In this document: one piece after another, positions 1 to 11,074 of the stretch
How positions within the stretch are numbered: the first letter of the stretch is position 1
Layout of the letters: each line of letters opens with the position of its first letter
Origin: Lingula anatina
Taxonomy: Eukaryota; Animalia; Brachiopoda
Reading direction: 5' to 3'
Assembly: GCA_051362555.1 (NCBI GenBank)
Contig: CM120643.1
Span: 27,036,848-27,100,847, forward strand
DNA: 64,000 nt
Translations under genes and position numbers: made by a program
The notes under the pieces: generated by a model
Database searches by the model: none
Seen by the model: the letters and a program-made list of their open reading frames with translations, nothing else
Told to the model about the DNA's origin: nothing

Positions 1-568
1 ATTCTTACGTACATAATAATCTTATGTGATATAATCTTAATATAATATAATCTTAACATGATAAATGCAGCAAAAAAATTAATTAAGTAATTATATCCAA
101 TATTTTATCTATATTCAACTTCCATCATTTTCCTCATCATTAATGGTTATTGTAGTTTGTTTTCTCACCCTAGTCATGACGTCATCATTATGTTTGCTGT
201 CTTGGTCTCCGAGGTACAATAGGGCGCGGAAAGAAAGTCCAAGCAGTCTTTCTGATTGTGGTGTGGAGTTCTGTTCTGAATATAACATCCAAATATATGT
301 AATTAATGAGAAGGCAAGTAAGCTTGCGAACACGATCAACTGCAAGTCACCCAAACCCTATATAGAGGTGTATTTCACATGCTGAAGTGTCACATGATGA
401 AGTGTGGAGTTGTATTCAATTAGTTAAACATACATGTATTATAGAATAGAAGTTCTCGAGTGTGAATTTTAATTTTTTTTATTGAACAAATAAAAGACAA
501 ACAAAGGAAGAGAACAATTTACAATATAAAGAGGTGGCACTGAGATGATAGTAATAAAAATAATAATC

Positions 569-1737
569 AACTAGAGGATCAGAGAATCGATACCGCCTCC
601 GAGTATTGTACCTGTACCACCAGCTGGAGTAAGCGCATTTGTATGAAAAGCAAAGTGTGGTTTATGGCGAAAAGTCTGTCAAGGTCAAATTCAAGATCAC
701 AGTAAGATTATAAATATGCAGGTACATTTAGGACTTCCTATTCAAGTTCAGTGGTAACTAATGGCATATCTCTAAATAATATACCTTCGTAAAATGTAGG
801 ATAAATATCAAATTCAAGTTCACAAGTAATTATAGATGTATCTCTGCCGGTTTTGGAGATATAAATTTTTTTAAAAAATTGCAAAGTTGAGTTCATAGTG
901 AAAAGAAGGTCCAAAGTCAAATTTCAGGTCTCAATCAGGCTGCAAATAGATGGGGGTATCTCTGACAGTTCTGGAGACAAAATGGTCAGAGATTTTGCAA
1001 AGATCAATTCGTTATGAAAAGTAGGACAAAGGTCAAATTCAAGGCACAGTCAGATTGCCAGTATATGACCCCTATTCAAGTTCAATAGTAACTATGGGCG
1101 TATCTCTGCTAATTTTGCAGTATTTCGCATTTTATTTTCACCACTGAATATTGCGACGTTGTACTTTTTTGATAAGGCGCAACTCTTTAACCGTATGGAA
1201 AAAAAACTTTCATTATTACGCTTGACAAGTTCTACAAAATGCAACAAACAAGAAGTCTTTACCCGGTAGAATTTACGGTTCCTGAGTTGCCAGTTTTGGT
1301 ATCTAATGGCTGCTCCCCCCATGATAATGCACCAATTGACCCCAAACTCACAAAGATTAATATGACCCTAAGTGTAACACCTGGCCATTATACAATAGTT
1401 AAGGTCTCTGTAGTTTCTGAAAATTGATGCAAAAATTTTTTTTTCAAATAAATCCCATTTTTAGAAAATTTTGGCCCGTTTGACCTTGAAATAAAGGTCT
1501 TAGGTAAAGGGCATTTTTGAAATATTCACATATGACTTTTGGTCAGTCATCTATAGTAATTTATCCTCATAATTCCTTCAGTTTGGGAGAAAACCCCAAA
1601 ATTTACGTGGATCGAGTTGAGATTATATGTGATCTACATCCAAGAGATGGTTACGCAGGCTTCTGTAGTCAGGGAGGAGAGACGGGTATGGACTAAAACT
1701 ATGTGTACCGCCAGCGCCTACGCTGGTGATACAGTAA
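569..1737. mobile_element. Non-autonomous Helentron/HINE-like element
   Basis: Starts AACTAGAGG in an AT-rich context. Ends with the short hairpin CCAGCG-CCTA-CGCTGG followed by ATACAGTAA. TACCGCC occurs near both ends, and GGTCAAATTCAAGGTCA-like motifs recur internally (~683, 913, 1031). Family assignment is inferred from architecture. Confidence 0.5.
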
Positions 1738-1979
1738 CAGATATAGAAGTAGCTTAATTGGAAATGGAGGAGTAGAACGTATATGCGTAGATAACAGTGC
1801 TTTTCCTAAGCTTGTTATCACTTAGCTTGATGATACACTTAAAGTAAAACACTATATTATAGTTATTTACAAAAGAGTAGTAGTTCAAACACACGTACTT
1901 GAAAGCTTTAAATACTGCCATATAACTACCTTTTACGTATCCAAAAAATAGTCTTAAACTAATCTCCGAAAAACACTGA

Positions 1980-4900
1980 CTATTCACACCACTTTTGATC
2001 AGAAAGTTCAGATTTCAATTTTCTGTATGCTATGTCCCTTTCTGTTAACAACTTTTCAGGAATTTAATTAGACTCAAAAAATCTAGCCCCATCTCCCTTT
2101 TATGTGATACCTTGTTACAAGAATATTGAAATCTAATGGCCTAAATGTATTTGATTGATCGAGTTCCAAATAAGCAGTTTGTAAATTAAAGTCTATGCCC
2201 ATGTTTGCCTTACAATAAATCGTTTGCAGTGCACTCCATAGATTTTTGCTGGTTAAACAATAAAAAATATGTTCTAGATTCTCTTTTGCACATTCACACA
2301 TCATTATCAATTTCATTTATCAACTTTAATTAAGATTTAACAGGATGAAATCTATGTAGGTTTTAAAACAATGAAAAAGCCCCCGAAAACATAAAATACC
2401 GGCGTTTACATTTTTTTTGTTGCAATGTATAAGCATCGGCAACTCAATCGTAAATTTAACACCTTTCTATTTTGAGGTGATATAGCAATCGGTATGGGAC
2501 GTAACTTCATCCACAAACAAGATTTTATTGCGAAAATTGGCAAAGTTGTCCAAGAGAGTGCAGACTACAATCCCTTGCCGTCATTTTGGTTTAAATGTTT
2601 TGTTATGTATGGAGTTATGAGCCCCTAATAGAGTCTTTTCCACGAAATCGTGAGCATGCGCAGTTCGCGCCATTTTGTGCGGGACTGTTTCTCAGGGGGA
2701 AAGAGTAGAAGGGGCCTTCGGTACTTTTGTAGTAAACCCCCCCCCCCCAACCCTGTAACTTTCTGTAACTTTCACTTTTCAAACAGTTTTTTACATTTTA
2801 TTGTTTATCCATGTCAAAGCTCTTGAAATAAAATGCTTTTGTAATTACCTGTGGATTTTTTATTAGTGTTAATCACGTTTAATCCAGCCCATTGAAATAC
2901 AAAATTAAAATCTTCAATTTACACCCGCAGTCAATAACTTGCCGCATTTTCGTTGGCTAACCCTAAGGTAATTTTATGTGAACAAGTAGCTCATAATAAT
3001 TTCACAGAGGAAATCCAAGTATACAATGTATCAATCCTATGTTCACATAAAATAAGGTAGAGTTATAGCGTTGGCTATAGCCAACGAAAACGCAGCAAGC
3101 TGCGGTTACATTGTAAATTTTCACGTTGTATTTCGATGGGGTGGATTAAACGTGATTAAAACTAATAAAAAGACCACAGGTAATTACAAAAACATTTTAT
3201 TTCAACAGCTTTGACATAGGTGCAAAAGACACTGTAAGAAAATGTATGAAAAATGAAGGTTTCAGGAAGTTACAGGGTGGGGGGTATACTACAAAAGTAC
3301 CGAATGTCCTATCTTTGCTGTCGATGAGGTACGTTTTTAGTTCTTTCATTGAAAAGTCATCAGGCACATCTGCTAAATTTCTATTCCAGCTGCTCCCATG
3401 AATGTGTTTTCGAAAAAAAATCAGGTGTTAACATGTTACGAAACTTTGAAAATTCAGATTGAAATGAGCACTCCTCGATATGGCGTCCGTCGTGTACACT
3501 CCACACTTTCCCCCTGAAACTTTAAATCCCGCAAAATCTCGCGTTCCCACGGATAATTTAGCGGAAGTCACGTGACCGTGGAAAAGACTCTATTACAGAT
3601 TTTCAGAAATGCATTATTTTGCTTAATCAACGATAAAATGTGAACTAAAACTTTTAAGAAAATCGCTGGTAGAGAACTAAACAGTGCCATTAAATCGGGG
3701 TTAAAGCGGTGATCGTGGTTGCTTAGATCAAAGAAAAATTTGAGAAACCGATTTTCCAGTTTTCACCCCAAAATGACGATTATGACGTCACCCGTAAGAT
3801 GACATGTGTTTAAAATGTTAATTAATTTACTCACCGAACACTAAAGATTTACTTATTACCCACATTAAAGGAATAATAACTCTTCGTATGTGATCTATAT
3901 TTCACAATAAAAACATTGTGAACAACTCATAGAAATATAATATATTCTGTTTTAACACAAAAACAGCAGTTAAAGCTATTATTCTGATATCTGAGCATGT
4001 ATACAGACTGCTTGACCTCCATTGATGGCTATACTCTGTTAGCATCTCTTAAGAGATTTTAACCAAAAAAAAAAACTTTTTAGAAAAATACCAGGGACTA
4101 ACTTTGAACGTAAAAATTGATTCATTAAAAGCATTAGTAAGTATGGAAAATTGTTGTTTACTCCAGGAAAATTCATTTTTTGTTGTGTACTCCAGGAAAA
4201 TTCATTTTTTTTTTTTTTGGCACAAACGAAGAGTTTTTATCCCTTTAATGTAGGTAAGGCAGTAAATAAGGGGTTTGGGGCAAAGGGTGACAATATCTTT
4301 AAGTTTTTCCTCCGTTTTACCCCATTTTTCATTTTTGGGACTTTTTTTAAAGACACTATGGAATTCCTTACACTCCTTTTCGCTTTTATACACAATTTTA
4401 GCAACCAGCGGAATATATGGATATTCTATGATCTTCATATTCATTCCTCTCCTTTTACATGTATTTTAATGACTTTGCATATACCGTGATATTTAAGACA
4501 ATCTAAAATTTACAAGTTGTATTTTCTATTAAATTCAGGCAGACCTAAAAATTCCCATTTTATTCCATTATATCACCAACTACCTTTACACTTTTTTTCA
4601 TACCGTTTCTTATAAAACACAGTTTAAGGTCCTACAAGAATATCATTGTTATAGAAAAGAGGTTGATACAGTAATTTCTCAGCATCCAAAAATACATTAC
4701 TACTTACATATTTTCATACTTTTAAAACATTTCAAAAATCATCTCTGTTCATTAGTTCCTTGGGGAAAGCATCTCCGAGCTCTGTAAGGAGTTTGATAGC
4801 ATGTATTCCATTTGCAATTTTAAACATCGATAGCCATTTATCGCTTTAACTTTTGATTAATATTCCCTATAAAAGTTCCTAAATCTAACATCTTAAGTCC

Positions 4901-5450
4901 ATCATTGGAATATACAACTGCTAAAACGGTACGTTTTATTTTATTTATCTTATTACCTCATATATGTAACCTAATAATGAATCATTTAGCCTCTTTATGC
5001 AAAACTCCTCCAGGTTAGGCAGCGATATAGGCAGATGGCTCAATTTAGGTATAATGAGCGTTTTTATCATCTTTATTCTACCCAGGGGAGTAACCAGTCT
5101 GCTCTTTCAATTTTATAAAGTATTTTGGTTGGGAATATTTTTCTTGAAATTTAATCTTACTATACTACTTAAATGTACATCAAATTCTACAAATTCTACA
5201 AGTGCAAATGAAGTACTAACCCGTTCTAGTTCCCATCTATCATGGTGAAATACATCGGCGGTAAAACGTTTGAATCCTATCCATGCAATCTTTGATTTGG
5301 CACTATTTATTTTCAGTCAAGATATTCTAGCATAGATGTCGAGAAAATATAGTATGAGTCAAAGTATTGCCTAGATCCATCTAGAATTAAGCTATTATCA
5401 TTAGCATATTTGGAGATGACATGCTCAATGTTTCTTATTTTAATATCTTA
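1980..5450 (-). mobile_element. Decayed L1/Tx1-clade LINE ORF2 (RT C-terminal half to zinc finger), interrupted by insertions
   Basis: Frameshifted minus-strand fragments occur in the correct order: IKIRNIEHVISKYANDNSLILDG (degenerate YADD, ~5370-5445); LKINSAKSKIAWIG; TPLGRIKMIKTLIIPKLSHLPISLPN; KIKRTVLAVVYSNDGLKMLDL; YPYIPLVAKIVYKSEKECKEF (4202-4444); CECAKENLEHIFYC...KNLW zinc finger (2083-2316); TERDIAYRKLKSELSDQKW (~1990-2050). Confidence 0.85.
2628..3593. mobile_element. MITE nested in the LINE, with a ~590-bp internal imperfect palindrome
   Basis: TIR ATAGAGTCTTTTCCACG / CGTGGAAAAGACTCTAT flanked by TA (or AT, depending on where the boundary is drawn). Inner arms ~2717-2960 and ~3078-3304 are reverse complements (TTCGGTACTTTTGTAGTA ... 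TACTACAAAAGTACCGAA). Confidence 0.75.
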
Positions 5451-7004
5451 GCAAAAAAAAAAAAAAAAAAAAAAAAAAACTTAGATAACATTCTTCCTGA
5501 ATGCCCACGGTGAAATCTTATGCAATTTTTCGTGTGAATTTTACGATTTTAGCACCTATGTGGTCAGAATGAAGAAACGCACAACTTCAGACATATTTAA
5601 GTGGATTACACTAAGTTTTAAACTATTTTAATATTGCCATGCCACCTTAGACCACCAAAGGTAGAAGAAAAAGAGATCAGCAACATGTTCAAACATTAGC
5701 ACGATTACCGCAAGTCCAACAAACAATGCCGGAAGTATGCGATGTCATCTATGATAATGCTACGGCCCACGGGTTTCCGATTTACAAAGTTTGTCATATA
5801 TCTAGCTTTCCAAATGGTAGAGGCTAAGGATGACGTAAATGATTAAGATTTCTCACAAATCCACACGGTCATCGTATGCCTCTATTTAGGCGCCGTACTC
5901 AAAGGGATTTCGGTCAGCCTTCATGCACGGTACGGGTACCGCATGACAAATGTAGTCCGGGTTCGAAGAGCTAATTCACGCTCTGCTGTCACCATGATTG
6001 GTTAGAAAACGACTGTCGTAAAATCTCTACATGATTTAGAATCGGGAACAAAAAATTTAAAACCACATAAAACAATCTTACAGTACCGCATGTGTACCAT
6101 AAAAGGTCAATTTATGAATCTTATTATCTTTGTGCTTTGCCATCAGCTTTAGAAAAAGCAAGGAAGAGTCTGCTATCATTGGCCAATCGATAGTTTTATT
6201 CATAGTCATAGATCGTGAAATCATACGTCATTGCAATCATAGATATATTTGACCTCGGGGTCAATCCTAAAATACCAGTCGAATGGCACGGCTCCGTTTC
6301 ATAAAGCACGTTCGCTACCAAATTAAAAGCGAAGAAAGGACGAAGACTTTATCCTGGCGTTTATCGTATTTTTTTACCAATATTTGAGTGGGATTTAAAG
6401 AACGATGAATAGGACGTTGTAGCCTAGGGCGTTTAATGTAATTCGGGTGAGTTTGAGTGTGATTTGACGGCAATTCCTATTTTGGTTTGAATTTTTACGG
6501 TACGTGGATGGCATTCTTGTTTCGCAGGCTCTCTCTACTTTATTGGCTATGTAGGACCCTATGGGGATTTAACGACATTCGTTTTGGAAACATAAACTGA
6601 TTTTTTTTTTTTTTTTTGCTTTATGGTGGACTATTATAGCACTATAAGATCGTTTTATGTGGATTTGTAGATTATATATGCACCCGATTTTTAAACCATG
6701 TAGCGGTTTTACGACAATCGTTTTCTAACTAATCAAGCACTGACAATAACATCGGAGTCCAAGTGACTCCAAACTTTGAGTCCAGCAGTGGTGCCTAAAA
6801 TGGAGAAATGCCATCCCAGACCCCACAGGAGGGTCACAATTGACTCCATTCACACATCGCTTCATCCCTTAATTTATCTCTACAAAAGAGTCACCATGAC
6901 CCCATATTAAGGAATTTTTGACTCCTTAGCACATCATGAACAAAAACAACAACAGCAAGGACAAGGGAAGAGCACAGCAAGTATTGTTTATTTCACATTA
7001 TTTT

Positions 7005-7076
7005 GTCCCCGAACAGGATTGAAACCACGTCCTCCCGCTCCAGGGGCGGACTCCCTAATCACTAGGCCATGCGGTC
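7005..7076 (-). pseudogene. tRNA-like/SINE-head sequence inside the CMC-like element
   Basis: Minus strand GACCGCATGGCCTAGTGATTAGG...GGTTTCAATCCTGTTCGGGGAC is tRNA length, with A-box-like and degenerate B-box motifs but a poor acceptor stem. Confidence 0.5.
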
Positions 7077-7458
7077 ACATATGGTGTTGAAACCGCAATA
7101 ACAAACAGTTTGTAAATCTGGTAATAAACAGCATGACACACACACACACCACAAATATACCAGTGTGTGAGCATACCTCGCCACTGACATGCATTGGTGG
7201 GTCAAACCTACAACCTGGAAACAAAACCTGCTGACCTGTATACCAACATATCACATAACGGGTGTGGCAACTGAAAGCCCGGGTCAGTAAATAATTAACT
7301 GCACGAGTTCTGCATGCAGAGACACACAGAAAATCACTTCTTCATGCATAAAACCAACTATGGCCAAGAAAGTAATGTTTATACTGACAAAGGATGATGA
7401 AAACTGTTCTCTCCACGCCGTCTACTCACTGCCATCACAAATAATGAAACGAAGCTTA

Positions 7459-8611
7459 AACCCCCTTTACACTGGACGGCGTCCTTTCTGCGTCCTTTGT
7501 GCGACCATGAAACTGGCCAGGACGCCGTCGGACGCTCAAAGAACGCACAGTGATCGCCAAGGTCGCACAAAGAACGTTCAAGCATTGCCGAGGACGCCAG
7601 GGACGCCGCGAAGTTTTGAGCTTGTTCAAAACAATCGCAGAGAGAACGCGATGTAGGATGGTCGCTCAATGGACGCAGAAAGGACGCACAGGCATCGCCG
7701 TAGTCGCAGAGAGAACGCACAAGCATCGCCGCGGTCGCAGAGAGGACGCACAAGCATCGCCGCGGTCGCAGAGAGGACGCACAAGCATCGCTTTGGTTGC
7801 AGAATGAAAACTCAAAGATCGTCCAGTGTTCGACACGTAGAACGTTTTTTTTTTCACTCTCAAACGGGGCCGTGCTGAGGTATTTTTCACCAGACAGGAA
7901 TTCTAAGGGTAACAGTGGTCTCATATCAGCCTCCGATTGTTTTTCCCCTAAAATTTATGAAACGATCAATTTTTTTGAGGTTATTATTAAACGAATATTT
8001 TGCCTTTCTTACAAGATTAATTGTCAGAACTTTTTGCAGAATGCTTCATTTGAAAACGGATTCAAACATTCTATGTTGTGTCAGTCATACTTTCTCGTTT
8101 TCGGTCCCTGTCCATCCTTCTTATAAGGATAACAATGAGCATCTGGCTGATTATCAGTCCATGCAGACCTTGCATCACTATAGTTTAAAGCGTTTATTCC
8201 CATTTATTTGTTTTGTGTGCTGGAAATGTTCTTTATTGGATGACCTGGTTAGAACCGATGAAAAGATGAGTTAGAATATAGAGAAGGACGCCCAAATAAC
8301 GCTCATCGGTCAAGCAGGATGCAGAATGATCGTAGAATAGACGCCACTGATCGCCGATGAAGGTACAGAGAACGCAGCAAGAATGCTCAATGGTCTCTCA
8401 AACATCGCAATGGACGCCTTGGGTTGCACAGGGGACGTACAGTGGAGGCAGACAGGTTGCTCGCAGTTTTACAGGTAAAATCAAGATACGGTCGTTCAAA
8501 GGACGCACAAGGGACGCAGACGCCTTTGCTTTGGCGACCGTTGAGCGTCCTGACCACATATTTGAACGCAGAAGGGACGCAGAAAGGACGCCGTCCAGTG
8601 TAAAGGGGCCC
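7459..8611. mobile_element. PIF/Harbinger-type MITE
   Basis: TIR CCCCTTTACACTGGACGGCGTCCTTTCTGCGTCC at both ends. 3-bp TSD TTA at 7456-7458 and 8612-8614. Internal ~30-bp tandem repeats (CGCAGAGAGGACGCACAAGCATCGCCGCGGT) at ~7670-7800. Confidence 0.9.
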
Positions 8612-9630
8612 TTACTGTCCATGGCCAGCGAGCGAAAAGAATCGTTGAAAGGAGTCAGCCAGACACTGACCCCTATAATTTGACTCTGATTTTAGAGTCA
8701 GATAGACTCCATGAAGAACCAGGGGGTGATTGACTCTGATAAGAGAGTCTAAAGCTCTGGTAGTGGGGCAATTTGACCCTTATATAGGAGTCAAATTAAC
8801 TCCATGAGGGTCAAGGGGTGCTGGACTCTGACTAGAGAGTCAAATAACTCTAATTTTATTCTCAGTGAGGTGAAAGCCAAGCATGAGCTTATGTTATCGT
8901 GACATGACGTTTTTATTTGTGCCCTTGCGATTTTTGAACAAATTTTCTAGTTCACTGGGTGAACTAGCTACAATGTACATCTATTTTATAGATTACGTAC
9001 CCTGGCTACAAATTTCAAAGTACTCTGGCGCTTGTTGATGACCTAAACTATGATTTTCATTTAGAATTACACAATTTATGAATAACTGCATTTTATTCTG
9101 TTATTAATGGATCGATTTTAATACAGTATGGTGACGCTTAATCTCAAGATGCAAAAACTAGTATACCTTATACTGAACTGCTAATGACTCATAATACATT
9201 TACATAAAAAATTCAGTTTTCTATGTCAGTTTTTTCTCGTCTACATACAATAAGTTGTTGGCTGGGTTATAAATAAAAAACTTTTTGAAATAAAATTTCT
9301 CTTATCAGCGGCAATGTTATTCACGCACATAAATTGAATGAAAATATCTTTAAATGAACTTTGGCAATATAAAATAACATATATCCAGTTTCGTTTTAAA
9401 ATATAGACGAAATCTTAATGTACCACCTATTAAGATAAAATATTAGATAGATTCTTACGATTCAAGAGAACAAAAATGTTATTTAGAGAAATAGTATTTT
9501 ATTTCTAATGCCCTACATTTTTAACGTCAAGATTAAAGCTAAGGCAAGTGCACAGAATTATCATTATATACAGCATTAAAGCAAAGGTCCGATCACCGAT
9601 ATATAGCAAGATATAAAACGCACCACTCAC

Positions 9631-11074
9631 CTTCGCAAAGTGTAGCAAAACCATAATAGCAAACCATACAGTGGTAGTTCTTGTAGACATCATCAGAATC
9701 GCTTAGGACAACAGGGTTGCTGTACGCCATGCAGGCATCTCTTAAGGCTGAGTTCAGAGGGCGTGGCCGAGGTACAGGACGCACTCTTCCATTGATAAAC
9801 TTGAACTCACAGGGACCAAAGGCCTCTTTCTCAACTTCCCGGAAGCATGTTCTTAAATTCCATTCCGGTTTAGGCACGAATATACCATTACATCCGGGTT
9901 CTTCCATTTTCCTTAAAACACAAATCGAGGAGGTGCAATTTACAAAGTCGTCAGCTTGTGTCCCAATGCAATAAACTGCGAGTCTCCACGGTTCCCCGCC
10001 ATTCTTGATACCATTACAAGCTGCGCAGTACTTGTTTCTGAAGGTGATCATTGTATCTGGGGCGGTGACTGGCTGGTACAATAGCGCGTCTTCTGTGAGG
10101 CTAGTGTTCGAGATTTCAGTGCACTTGATACGACTTTCCTCTTCCATCCAAGACAACGGACACTGGTCCACCATCCAAAAAATTGGTCCAACCTTGTCCG
10201 CATAGGGTAATGGAGTTTGTTGGCTATGTCGACGTAAAGTTGGACTTCTTCTACAGGAGCTTTTCTGTGCCAGGGAAATAGACACAGGGTCGATTTGTTT
10301 TACCCCGCTTATCCAAGAAGATGCTTCGTCAGGTGATGAAGTCGAAGTGGTGATGTTATTTTGAATTTCTGTTAAGTTGGTTCCAGGGAATGTTACAAAA
10401 CGCGAGGTGTTTTCCGTAATTGGTAATGCGATAGAGGCGGCACACGTCGTCGTGTTTTCAGTCACTCCATAACAGCAGTCACCATACAGGACGCACAGAG
10501 GGTCGCAGTAGCAGTGGGTCTGAATGCTAAAAAAACGAGACCCAATCCTTATACAGAGCCATTTATACGGCGTTAGAGTCACGTCTGGGAAAGAATAGTT
10601 CCCACTGCTGTGATCCGACCTTTCCTGGAATATATCCTCTTGACTGGATGACCCCTGGGTGACTGCATCGTTCATTCCCCCCTCAGTAGTGAGCGACTCT
10701 TGTGGGACTTCTACGTGCGTTCCTACCTCAGTAGTGGGCGACTCTTGTGTAACGTCCACGAGCGATTTGCCCTCAGAAGTGGGCGACACTATTGTGACGT
10801 CCACGTGCGATCCACCCTGAGTAGTAAGCGGCTGTTGTGTGGTCTCATCGGGGATTCCTCCCTCAGTGGCTAGCGCTTTTTTAGTGGTTATCTCTTGCAT
10901 TCCATTTGCAAGATGTGATGACACCATCGTGAATCCTGATACCGCCCAATTTTCAATATTGCTCGACCTTTGAGTTAGTCCAATAGATGGACCATTTTCT
11001 TGGGCAAATAAAAGCATGACAGTCGCCGGCTGAACAAATATTAGCGCGCATAAAGCGAGGCTGATGATCATCAT
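9631..11074 (-). CDS. Large coding exon of an invertebrate adhesion/Methuselah-like GPCR-type ectodomain (somatomedin-B-like + Cys-rich modules); downstream exons not found in window
   Basis: The open frame contains a Thr-rich region, the SMB-like motif CYCDPLCVLYGDCC, and FWMVDQCP..W, PVT..TFRNKYCAACN..W and CMAYSNPV..YKNYHCMVC, motifs typical of this ectodomain class. It ends at a GAAG|GTGAGT donor (9631/9630). The start is either ATG 11074 (MMIISLALCALIFVQPA) or a nearby acceptor. GPCR identity is inferred because no 7TM region is visible. Confidence 0.7.
10650..10880 (-). repeat. Five ~15-aa (~45-nt) coding tandem repeats (TTEGGxxxDVTQESP-like) in the mucin-like stalk
   Basis: ATEGGIPDETTQQP / TTQGGSHVDVTIVSP / TSEGKSLVDVTQESP / TTEVGTHVEVPQESL / TTEGGMNDAVTQGS. 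The DNA motif CCTCAGTAGTG-like recurs. Confidence 0.7.

Larger units (their letters stand above)
6738..8867. mobile_element. Non-autonomous CMC/EnSpm(CACTA)-like DNA transposon
   Basis: Termini CACTGACAATAA... and ...TTATTCTCAGTG. 2-bp TSD AG at 6736-6737 and 8868-8869. Many subterminal GAGTC/GACTC motifs at both ends. Confidence 0.8.
5970..8892. mobile_element. Old inverted-repeat element that hosts the CMC-like insertion (outer limits approximate)
   Basis: Arm ~5970-6115 matches the reverse complement of 6620-6737 joined to 8870-8892 once 6738-8869 is excised (CTAACTAATCAAG|GTGAAAGCC vs CTAACCAATCATGGTGACAGC). Confidence 0.6.

Noticed and set aside
115-354. 79-aa ORF with a hydrophobic stretch as a possible GPCR downstream exon
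   Set aside because: No GPS/7TM motifs, and its 5' end overlaps an interspersed repeat also found at ~30470.
7360-8683. Overlapping 70-181 aa ORFs on both strands and ~30-bp repeats resembling a CRISPR array
   Set aside because: They lie in a GC-rich Harbinger MITE. The repeats are head-to-tail with no unique spacers, there are no cas genes, and the context is eukaryotic.
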